Translations under genes and position numbers: made by a program
The notes under the pieces: generated by a model
The model's database searches: none
Seen by the model: only the letters and a program-made list of their open reading frames with translations
Told to the model about the DNA's origin: nothing
Source: Acaryochloris marina S15
GTDB taxonomy: Bacteria; Cyanobacteriota; Cyanobacteriia; Thermosynechococcales; Thermosynechococcaceae
Direction: 5' to 3'
Length of the DNA stretch: 32,000 bases
Assembly (NCBI RefSeq): GCF_018336915.1
Contig: NZ_CP064923.1
Location: 1,110,001-1,142,000, forward strand
Shown: one piece after another, positions 18,547 through 27,018 of the stretch
How positions within the stretch are numbered: position 1 is the stretch's first letter
Layout: the number at the start of each line of letters is the position of its first letter

Positions 18547-21237
18547 TTGACCCATTTGATATCTACCAACGTGACTATTTCTAGTACCCCCGATTTACGA
18601 AATGTGTTGACTAAAGACGTCAACAAAATAATCTTCGAAAATGGCTTAACAATCTTACTGAAGGAAGTGCATACTGCACCGGTTGTCAGTGTGCAAGTGT
18701 GGTATCGGGTCGGTTCACGCAACGAAGCCTCAGGACTCAATGGCATTACCCACCAGTTAGAACATCTGATGTTTAAGGGGACTCAATCCCGCCCAGTCCA
18801 ATTTGGCAAGCTCTTTAGTGCCCTGGGGAGTGCCTCCAATGCTTTTACCAGCTATGATATGACCGCCTATTACGGCACCGTGGGTAGCGACAAACTAGAA
18901 ACGTTGCTGATTCTAGAAGCCGATCGAATGCAGAATGTGGCCCTGACGGCTGAACATCTGGCCAGTGAAAAGCGAGTCGTCATTTCAGAGTTGCAAGGCT
19001 ACGAGAACAGTCCCGACTATCGCCTTAGTAAGGCCGTGATGCAGCAGGCTTTTCCAGATTCTAATTATGGATTATCGGTCGGGGGCAACAAGTCCGATGT
19101 GGAGAAGTTTACCCTGGCCCAAGTGCAGGAGTATTACCAGACCTATTATCAGCCGAGTAATGCCACGTTGGTGATCACGGGGGATTTTGACGAAGGCACT
19201 GTTCTAGAGCAAATTCAGACCTACTTTGGTCAGATTCCAAGCAGTCCTGTCGCAACGGCACCTGCACCGATGCCAGTGGTCACTCAAGCTGCCCCCTCAG
19301 CGCCGATTGTGCTGAAAGAACCCGGCAGTGCCCCTCTGCTGGATGCGGTCTATCCTATTCCTGATGCCCAGCATCCTGATATTCCGGCCTTAGAGATTTT
19401 GGATTCGATCCTGTCGGCTGGGCGCAATTCACGGTTTTATCCAGCTTTAATTGAATCTGGCTTAGCCACCAATGCCCATGCCTATGTTGCCTCCCTAATG
19501 GATGGGGGGTGGTACAACATTTCGGTGACTGCAGCGGTAGGTGAGCTATCAGAAATTGATCAGGTGGTAGAGGCAACCCTGGAGCAGCTGCGTAGCCAGC
19601 CCATTACGACTGAGGAGCTGGAACGGGCCAAAACTCAAGTCAAGGCCGGCTTTATTCTTAGTAATCGCGAAATCGAGAATCAGGCTAGCCAGTTGGCCTA
19701 TAACCAAGTTGTCACCAACGATCACTGCTTTAGCGATCGCTACCTGAGTGGGATTGAAGCGGTGACGCCTGCAGATGTGCAGCGAGTCGCTCAAACCTAT
19801 CTCACCCCCATCCAAAGAACCGTCGGCTTATTTGAGCCCACGCAATTGGAAGAGCAGCCCATGACGGCAGGCATCCCTGCAACCCAAACGGCCGAAAACT
19901 TTACCCCTAGCGAACCGGTCGATCCGGCTCAGGTGGCAAAATATCTGCCTGACTTGGCGACCTCCGCTGGCTCAGATACCCAATCTTTACCCGAGCGGTG
20001 GGTTTTAGACAATGGTTTGACGGTGCTGTTGCTGGAGGACCACAGTACGCCCACAGTTACACTCAGTGGGCATATTCGGGCGGGTAATGAGTGGGATTAT
20101 CTGACATTAGGTGGAGTTGCCACCATGACGGCAGATAATTTGATGAGCGGCACCACTAGCAAAGATGATCTAGCCATTGCCAAAGTCTTGGAAGATCGTG
20201 GGGCAAGTTTAGATTTTCTCTCCCTGCGAGAAGGCGTCGATGTGTCTGGATATGCCTTGTCTCCTGATCTTCTCGTGGTGTTAGAGACTTTAGGGGATGT
20301 CTTGCAGAACGCGACCTTCCCCCAGCAGCAGTTGGAATTATCTCGTCAGCGGATGCTCACCCACTTGCAGCTCGAACTAGATGATCCGGGAGCGTTAGCT
20401 CGACGGACCTTTCAACAAAAAATCTATACCCAAGACCACCCCTTTCATGGGTTCCCCACGGCCAATAGTCTGAAGAACATCAGTCGAGAGGGAATTTTGC
20501 GGTTCTATGAACAGCATTATCACCCCGACAATATGATTTTGACTTTGGTGGGAGATTTTGAGGTAGCGGAGTTGCGATCGCAACTCAACCACACCCTAGG
20601 CCAATGGCAACAGTCCCAGGACTCCATCCAGCTAGACTTCCCCGAACCCCAGCTGCCTCAAACGATTCAGCGGGTCAACGCTCCTTTGCCGGGCAAGACT
20701 CAAGTGGTGACCTATATGGGCTATCCCGGCATTGAACGCCACCATTCCCTCTACTATGCGGCCATGCTGCTGAACCAGATTATTGGGGGCGATACCCTAT
20801 CGAGTCGTTTAGGGACTGAAATTCGTGATCGCCAAGGACTCACCTATGGCATCTATAGCTACTTTGCCGCTGGACTCCATGCAGGCCCCTTTGCTGTACA
20901 GATGCAAACATCACCCGAAGATACCCAAACGGCTATTTCCAGTACCCTAGCCTTACTCAAACAAGTGAAATCAGGAGGAATTACTCAGTCCGAGTTAGAA
21001 ACGGCCCAGCGATCTATCCTCAACAGTTACCCTGTTGATCTGTCTGATCCCGATATTTTGGCCCAACGGTTTTTGATGAATGAAGTCCTGGGCTTACCCA
21101 TCGAAGACATCCGTCACCTGCCCCAAAGGATAGGTGCTGTAACCATGGCCGAGATCAATCAAGCCATTGAAGCGTTTATCCATCCTGACCGAGTGGTCAT
21201 CGTTTCCGCTGGCCCCGTGGATGCTGTCCGAAGTTAG
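18547..21237 (+). CDS. M16 (pitrilysin/insulinase) family zinc peptidase, with active and inactive modules fused in one chain
   Basis: Inverted zinc motif HQLEHLMFKG in the first half. The second half has the M16 fold pattern (LDNGLTVLLLEDHSTPTV) but no HxxEH. There is no ATG before the conserved core; starts at TTG 18547 (alternatives TTG 18556, GTG 18571). Confidence 0.85.
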   Translation: MTHLISTNVTISSTPDLRNVLTKDVNKIIFENGLTILLKEVHTAPVVSVQVWYRVGSRNEASGLNGITHQLEHLMFKGTQSRPVQFGKLFSALGSASNAFTSYDMTAYYGTVGSDKLETLLILEADRMQNVALTAEHLASEKRVVISELQGYENSPDYRLSKAVMQQAFPDSNYGLSVGGNKSDVEKFTLAQVQEYYQTYYQPSNATLVITGDFDEGTVLEQIQTYFGQIPSSPVATAPAPMPVVTQAAPSAPIVLKEPGSAPLLDAVYPIPDAQHPDIPALEILDSILSAGRNSRFYPALIESGLATNAHAYVASLMDGGWYNISVTAAVGELSEIDQVVEATLEQLRSQPITTEELERAKTQVKAGFILSNREIENQASQLAYNQVVTNDHCFSDRYLSGIEAVTPADVQRVAQTYLTPIQRTVGLFEPTQLEEQPMTAGIPATQTAENFTPSEPVDPAQVAKYLPDLATSAGSDTQSLPERWVLDNGLTVLLLEDHSTPTVTLSGHIRAGNEWDYLTLGGVATMTADNLMSGTTSKDDLAIAKVLEDRGASLDFLSLREGVDVSGYALSPDLLVVLETLGDVLQNATFPQQQLELSRQRMLTHLQLELDDPGALARRTFQQKIYTQDHPFHGFPTANSLKNISREGILRFYEQHYHPDNMILTLVGDFEVAELRSQLNHTLGQWQQSQDSIQLDFPEPQLPQTIQRVNAPLPGKTQVVTYMGYPGIERHHSLYYAAMLLNQIIGGDTLSSRLGTEIRDRQGLTYGIYSYFAAGLHAGPFAVQMQTSPEDTQTAISSTLALLKQVKSGGITQSELETAQRSILNSYPVDLSDPDILAQRFLMNEVLGLPIEDIRHLPQRIGAVTMAEINQAIEAFIHPDRVVIVSAGPVDAVRS
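19733..19740. repeat. HIP1 octamer GCGATCGC
   Basis: Exact palindromic octamer. Confidence 0.95.
20574..20581. repeat. HIP1 octamer GCGATCGC
   Basis: Exact palindromic octamer. Confidence 0.95.
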
Positions 21238-23747
21238 CAATTGGGAGCAGAGGGTTGGAACGCATAATGTGATGGGCCTTGGCGCTGCGTTGTTAACACG
21301 GTGCGTCCCTGGTCATCCTGCTGCCAACCTTGAGCTTCCGTAATCTCCTGTACTGGAGTATCGGTGGGTAAAGTCGCGGTTAGTTCGGAGGGGGGAATGA
21401 CTTGAGATAAAGGCTCTGGATCTGTCCGCAGGTCTTGCCATACCGCTAAGGAAGAGAGAGAGCTATGGGGGCTAATGGGTAAACCACCCCGCCCTAAGCG
21501 TTTAAAGCGACTTTGATTCGCAAATTGCCGAGTTTGACATCCTCGAGCAATGGGTTGAGGAGACTCGACATCATCGGGTTGTTCCGCCAGATTTTCACTG
21601 GGGTCAGCATCTGGGGTGTTGAGGTCAACCATGCCATTGAGCTGAGGATTGTTTTGAGAAATCGCCGTAATCTCATTGAGATCAGTATTGCTTTCACTCA
21701 CCGCAATCCCAAAAAGACCCTGAGTCGTAATGGTGATTTGCCCTCCCGGTCCATTGAATGCATTTGCAGTAATATTGCTGTCGCCGTCTAAAGGGAGCGC
21801 CACAATAACATCAGCATTGAGGCTGATATTGCCACCGGCATCCAGCCCAAAAGCATTGGTAGTAATGTTGCTGCCATTGTTTAGGAACAATAGATTGGTA
21901 TCGATATTGAGATTGCCTGCGGGACTCGCCACCGCATTACTACTAATCTGACTTTGATTCTCTAGAAAAACTGAGTTAGCTGTTACTTTCAAGGAGCCGG
22001 TCTGGCCCTGAGCCACACTACTTAGCTGAATGATTCCCCCATCCTTAATCCTTAACTTACCTGTATCAATTGTGATATCACCAGAATCACCAGCGCCGAA
22101 GGTACCCGCATTAATTTGACTAGCAATCAGACCCGATCGACTTATCCCCAGAACTTCAACGGAGTGAGTCGTGCTGATTTGGATATCTCCCGCTTGCCCT
22201 AAGCCAAAAGTACTGGCCGTAATCACACCGCCATCACGGATAATCAGTTTATTAGCTCGAATAATGGTATCTAAAGCATTGTTCGAGCTAATAGATGCTG
22301 TAGACACATTACTCGTTGAAAATCCGCTTTTACTAGACCCTACAATTTCAACGGTGCTGGTTGCATTGAGGGTAATCATACCGCCGGGTCCAAAGTTTGA
22401 TCCCGCCGTCAGATTTGCGCCATCCCGTAAGGTTAGATCGCCCGTATTAATGGTGATATTGCCACTGGGGCCACTGTTGGGAATAAATGCACTACGAGCA
22501 TTAATTTGACTGGTACTGGTCTGGTCAATGAGGAAATTTCGAGTCACAGGTTCAGTAAAGGGAACCGCTTCCGGAAGGAATCCCAAGAGGATCGTTTCCC
22601 CTCCGACATCAATAGAACGAGCTGCAGTAATGGTAAGGTTCCCACCGGGGCCTAATCCATCGGTGGCGGCGGTGATCTTAGCGCCATCAGTAACCCGTAA
22701 CGTGCCAGTATTAATTTCAATCGCACTGGCCTGACCCGTCCCTATTGTGGTTGAGAGAATAGTCGTTGTTTGGGGTAGAAAAAAGCCTCTTTGGGCAATA
22801 AGGGGATCGATCGGACTATTCAGTGAAAGATTTCCCAAGACCTCTAAAGAAGTTGCAGCATTAACTGTAATACCACCACCATCAATCTCCCCCAAGGTAA
22901 CGGATTGCAATCGTCCTCCCTCAGCCAGGGTGATGCGATCGCCTTGAACATTAATCACGCCACCCCCAGGACCACTCGTGTCGACCGTGGCTAAATTGTC
23001 AACGCGAATATCTTGAAAGCGTTGGACACCGCTGTAGTTTAATCCCCTAGATGAAGGGTTCAACTGCACCTGTTGATTCGCATCAACGGCACCCAAGTCA
23101 ATCCGCCCCCCTGGAGCAGTTAGATTGCCCCTGACATTGACATCGCCCCCTAACAGGCTCAAGGTCTGCCCCGGCTGAACGTTGAGGTCAGACTGAACCG
23201 TAATCGTCCCCGGCTGTTGATTGAATGCCAACCCAAGGGGCCGGTTAATGGATAGCAACGGTGCAGACTGGGCTGTGGGGGTTGCGCTAAAAATATTGCC
23301 ATTCGAGAACAGGACACTATTGGCCGTCGTGGCTAAAAAAGAGCCCCCCACATTCAGTTGAGCATTGGGGCCAAACAAGATCCCCCTAGGGTTAATCAAG
23401 AATAAATTAGTGGCTCCATTGGCTCGAAGCACACCATCTAACGTCGATGCCTGCCCTCCCGTAATCCGGGCAAAAATATTGGTCAGAGCAGGATTCTGGT
23501 CAAAGTAGGCTGTTGTACCAGTGGGGAGATCAAACTGCCGAAAACTATGAAATAAGTTTTGTCCTGCCTGAGTCCCGCCCAGAATTCGTTGTAATGCGCC
23601 TTCTGAGCGGACTTCTGAATTGATCGGCAAAGTGGCATCAGGGCGAATTTGAGCTGATGCTGAAGACAGCAGCCCCATCCACCCTAGAGCACTGATAGTT
23701 GCCCACAGCAAAGCTTTATTGTGATTGGTTTGAGCTAGGTTTAACAA
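21234..23747 (-). CDS. Two-partner-secretion (TpsA) exoprotein: filamentous-hemagglutinin N-terminal (TPS) domain plus beta-helix repeats
   Basis: Signal peptide ALLWATISALGWMGLLSSASA. TPS-domain blocks QNLFHSFRQFDL, NIFARITGG and NLFLINPRGILFG. Repeated G-rich beta-helix units follow (GGNLTITAARSIDV, GNITINTGDLTLRDGANLTA, GDITIDTGKLRIKDGG, GQITITTQG). TTG start. Confidence 0.85.
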   Translation of the reverse strand: MLNLAQTNHNKALLWATISALGWMGLLSSASAQIRPDATLPINSEVRSEGALQRILGGTQAGQNLFHSFRQFDLPTGTTAYFDQNPALTNIFARITGGQASTLDGVLRANGATNLFLINPRGILFGPNAQLNVGGSFLATTANSVLFSNGNIFSATPTAQSAPLLSINRPLGLAFNQQPGTITVQSDLNVQPGQTLSLLGGDVNVRGNLTAPGGRIDLGAVDANQQVQLNPSSRGLNYSGVQRFQDIRVDNLATVDTSGPGGGVINVQGDRITLAEGGRLQSVTLGEIDGGGITVNAATSLEVLGNLSLNSPIDPLIAQRGFFLPQTTTILSTTIGTGQASAIEINTGTLRVTDGAKITAATDGLGPGGNLTITAARSIDVGGETILLGFLPEAVPFTEPVTRNFLIDQTSTSQINARSAFIPNSGPSGNITINTGDLTLRDGANLTAGSNFGPGGMITLNATSTVEIVGSSKSGFSTSNVSTASISSNNALDTIIRANKLIIRDGGVITASTFGLGQAGDIQISTTHSVEVLGISRSGLIASQINAGTFGAGDSGDITIDTGKLRIKDGGIIQLSSVAQGQTGSLKVTANSVFLENQSQISSNAVASPAGNLNIDTNLLFLNNGSNITTNAFGLDAGGNISLNADVIVALPLDGDSNITANAFNGPGGQITITTQGLFGIAVSESNTDLNEITAISQNNPQLNGMVDLNTPDADPSENLAEQPDDVESPQPIARGCQTRQFANQSRFKRLGRGGLPISPHSSLSSLAVWQDLRTDPEPLSQVIPPSELTATLPTDTPVQEITEAQGWQQDDQGRTVLTTQRQGPSHYAFQPSAPNC
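22935..22942. repeat. HIP1 octamer GCGATCGC
   Basis: Exact palindromic octamer. Confidence 0.95.
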
Positions 23748-23865
23748 GAAAAACTGTTTATTAAATGGAGCAGGTAAGAAATTAAGTCACCCACTAACTT
23801 ATCAAGAGATCGAAGGTTGTCACCAGTGTGATCCCCCTACACGTGGCCCACTAATTTGACCCAGT

Positions 23866-26800
23866 CTAAGCAATTGCATCGGGTAATTCTGCTCGATTAT
23901 AGAGAAAGTTGACCATCGCCTGAGAGCTATCCAAAAGCTCGGGGGTCTCTGCCAGGGTCTGTTTTAACTCTTCCGACACCACTTTCACATAGGTCTGGGG
24001 GATACTCTCTGGATTGCTAGATTTGATAATAATCAGTTGGCCCAGCAGAAGAACTCCATTTTCTACAGCTGCAATAATTTTTAACAGTGCCGCAAGGGCC
24101 TTTGCACTTTGGTGGAGTAATGGGGGTATTTCATCACCCTGCTGATGGGGCCAGTGACCACGATACAAGTCAACACCTGCTTGCATAATTTCAGCAAACT
24201 GCTGGGAGGAAAGTTGATCTGTGTCTTGATATTGAACATCCTGAACCAAGGTATTTTCCTCAGCTCGGATCACAATCGGATCATGATATCCACAGGCCGT
24301 CGCGTATTGTTCAATGCCGTGATGGACAGCTGTGGATACGCCAGTAGCATCAAAAATTCTCATCTTGAAGGTTTGCTTCGCACTCGCATCTGCACTGTCA
24401 TGAATCACGTGAGGGAACACCTCCTGTTCAAATAGATCCTGTATGCGAGTTTTTAGATTTTCAGGTTCCATTTGATCGAGTACTCCTTTGTAATCTTCCC
24501 GAACGTCATAGTCCGTCCGGGATGGGGGGGATTCAAGCTTACTCAGCCAGGCCGTATGCAGAGTTGGCCCAATATTTAACTCCGGGTGATTCAGACGATA
24601 CAGTGGCCCTTGACTCAGATGGGTGGCATCAAAGATCCATAGCTCGCTCACTTTAGGATATTCTGCATCATCTGTTTGAGAATAATCCGTTGCCACCACC
24701 ACACAGACAATATAGCCGTGGGTTGCACTGGGTGTACCATCCTCTCTGGGTACAAACTGAGGAGAGCTGGCATAGTAGCCCGGCGGAAAGGCGTAATAAT
24801 CTTCAATCTTGAGCTGAGGAGGAGTAGATGCCTGTCCATCTAGAGGGGACGTTTGACTGACTCGCAGTAGATTGGCCGGTCTGCCTTCCTTGGCAATTCG
24901 GTTGATTTGTTGATCGAGAACCTGAGGGTCTATTTGGTCTTTGTATAGATCGAGATGGTTAAGGGTGTGGTGGTTGGGCCAGGCACCGCCGCAATTCCAA
25001 TACACATCTGTCAAGTGGTTGGCTGTCTTTTCATTGAAGGCAAAGAAGGCCAGCAGCTGAAACTTATCGTCGTCTTCAATAATGGCTTTTTCGGATTGTC
25101 CCGTTGCCATATCTAAGGTCCAAGTTCCTAACTGATTCGGAGCCATACTGTTGGCTAAAACACCGGATCGCTGCTGCAGGGTTTTATTGATATCTTCCGG
25201 GCAAGGTTGCCCTGAGTTGGCTGTTTGAGAATAGTGACACACCGCCTCGTCAATTTTGTTGACAAATTCGGCTGGATCGAGACCTTTAATATGGCCTACA
25301 TGGAGAACCACTTGGTTAGCTGGATTTTCATAACTCGCCAGAAAATGGGCGGTTTCTGGTTGAAGACGAAAATGCTTGGCCTTCACTTTGTTGCCCCCTG
25401 GGCTGGAATCAGTAGACTCTAGGTCAGTCCGGGCAATAACGTACACATCGGTATAAGGAGTTTGGGCATAGTTGAGGAATGAAAATAAATCTTGAAAATC
25501 CTGGCGTAAGTCCCTTTTAATTCCTTTTTTGATCTGATCTGGACTTTGATCGGGTGAGTCAGTCGAGGTAGAAGTGGACTCAGGGTTTTCGGTCACTGTT
25601 TGTCTGGGACGGGCAACGAAGCTCACAACCCTGCGTAGGTTTTTCGCAAAATTTTGGGGATTGAATAAGCTGGGCAGTACATCGGCCACCACAAATTTAA
25701 AGCTGGAATCGGAAATAACGATGTAGTCTTTCGTCAAAGACATTTGATGAACGGACTGATAGATGGGAATTGAATGCCCCTTTTCCGTCACCACTTCCCA
25801 TTGATCTGATTTATCAATCTCTGTTTGCTCCCCCTGCCATCGATAGAGGAAGAGCCGATCGGTCCCTCCAACCTCCCAGAAACTCAAAATAGCCAGCAGA
25901 ATCCCTAGGAGCCAAAGCACGACATTGACTAACGCCAGCACAACATAGTCAAAGAAAGACGTTCGCGGGGTATTGGGATCTTCTCCCTCTAGCTTATTTA
26001 AGAATTTCAAAAGCCCTTTGAGGAAATAGGGCTGCAGTCTCGTGACTTGCATCATGCTGCCCATGGATTTAGTGCCATTGACCATATAAACGGCATCTTC
26101 ATGGTCGTCATATACGGGATGAGCCGATGACAGAATCATGGGAAACACCTGGGACAAAATCGGGAACCCAAAAAGCTTTTGCAGGGGCCTTGAAACCGCC
26201 GGCATATCAAAAATCGGTTTCCAATCTTTATTGAGACCGACGGGGGCAACCAATCCTAAGGAACAGGGGTCGACTTCGTAGGGCCGTCCGGCATCCCAAG
26301 TCACCAGCAATCGCTCGCTATCATTCTGTTTTGGCTTTAAGGGTAACCAGGCAGTATTGAGATAATTGCGGCCTCCCAATCCCATCGATAGACGCGTTAG
26401 GGCTGCATCCCGGAACGTAAGCTGCTGATAGTCTGACCACTGCTCTAGATATTTGGGGTTGGACTCCAAAGCCCAGTCTGCGTAGTAATCAGGGGTTTTG
26501 ATCAGGCGAGTCGCTAAATGGGCCCATCCCGGTTGCTGAGTGGTGGCACAAGGCTGCTCGGGGTGGGGGTTCTCTGATGTGATGGTTGAATGAACTGAGC
26601 TATGAAAATCTAAGCGATAGATCATGCCATCGCCAGAATAGATATGTTGCCAACCACCTTGGGTGGGTAAATAAATTTCAGTATCTTTAATTTTGTGGGA
26701 ATCAAAGGAGGCAGCCGTGCCAATCACAAACACATGGCCCTTCAAGGTTGTGGGGAGAGGCCCAGGAACGTCAGACTGGGGGGAATGGCTTTGCCAATAT

Positions 26801-27018
26801 TGAGGTTCCAGAAAGGCTGTACTACTGGGGTCTACTGGCAACTCCCCATCCTTCCGAGACAAAATCGTTAAACCCAGGGGCTGGTGATAATGCTCTTTGC
26901 GACTGACCGACAAGATCGCTTTGGGAAAAGATGGCCAGGTTTGAGATTCTGTTGAAGGTCCGCTCACTGTGATATTCCCTTGCACCGATAGGTTGTTGAC
27001 GCTGGCAATTCGAGTCAA
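23866..27018 (-). CDS. Carotenoid-cleavage-oxygenase (RPE65/CCO) family protein, greatly expanded (1050 aa)
   Basis: Blocks are collinear with cyanobacterial ACO: GDGMIYRLDF, NTAWL...ERLLVTWDAGRPYEVDP, SSAHPVYD (H300), SVHQMSLTKDYIV (H424), ETAHFLASYEN (H558), SELWIFDATHLSQGP...GPTLHTAWL (H821). There are large insertions and a C-terminal extension. No ATG in the first ~130 codons; TTG 27018. Confidence 0.8.
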   Translation of the reverse strand: MTRIASVNNLSVQGNITVSGPSTESQTWPSFPKAILSVSRKEHYHQPLGLTILSRKDGELPVDPSSTAFLEPQYWQSHSPQSDVPGPLPTTLKGHVFVIGTAASFDSHKIKDTEIYLPTQGGWQHIYSGDGMIYRLDFHSSVHSTITSENPHPEQPCATTQQPGWAHLATRLIKTPDYYADWALESNPKYLEQWSDYQQLTFRDAALTRLSMGLGGRNYLNTAWLPLKPKQNDSERLLVTWDAGRPYEVDPCSLGLVAPVGLNKDWKPIFDMPAVSRPLQKLFGFPILSQVFPMILSSAHPVYDDHEDAVYMVNGTKSMGSMMQVTRLQPYFLKGLLKFLNKLEGEDPNTPRTSFFDYVVLALVNVVLWLLGILLAILSFWEVGGTDRLFLYRWQGEQTEIDKSDQWEVVTEKGHSIPIYQSVHQMSLTKDYIVISDSSFKFVVADVLPSLFNPQNFAKNLRRVVSFVARPRQTVTENPESTSTSTDSPDQSPDQIKKGIKRDLRQDFQDLFSFLNYAQTPYTDVYVIARTDLESTDSSPGGNKVKAKHFRLQPETAHFLASYENPANQVVLHVGHIKGLDPAEFVNKIDEAVCHYSQTANSGQPCPEDINKTLQQRSGVLANSMAPNQLGTWTLDMATGQSEKAIIEDDDKFQLLAFFAFNEKTANHLTDVYWNCGGAWPNHHTLNHLDLYKDQIDPQVLDQQINRIAKEGRPANLLRVSQTSPLDGQASTPPQLKIEDYYAFPPGYYASSPQFVPREDGTPSATHGYIVCVVVATDYSQTDDAEYPKVSELWIFDATHLSQGPLYRLNHPELNIGPTLHTAWLSKLESPPSRTDYDVREDYKGVLDQMEPENLKTRIQDLFEQEVFPHVIHDSADASAKQTFKMRIFDATGVSTAVHHGIEQYATACGYHDPIVIRAEENTLVQDVQYQDTDQLSSQQFAEIMQAGVDLYRGHWPHQQGDEIPPLLHQSAKALAALLKIIAAVENGVLLLGQLIIIKSSNPESIPQTYVKVVSEELKQTLAETPELLDSSQAMVNFLYNRAELPDAIA

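Noticed and set aside
21513-22947. Five plus-strand ORFs of 66-112 aa (21513-21791, 21730-21951, 22171-22509, 22528-22734, 22747-22947) lying inside the TpsA-like gene
   Set aside because: All are antisense to a CDS with strong domain evidence. They are rich in P/S/R/A, as expected for shadow frames of a G/N/T-rich repeat gene. None has a recognisable motif.
21700-23200. Periodic sequence similarity that could be mistaken for a repeat array or CRISPR
   Set aside because: The periodicity is at protein level (beta-helix units such as GxITIxT...). It lies within one continuous ORF and has no conserved exact DNA repeat with unique spacers.
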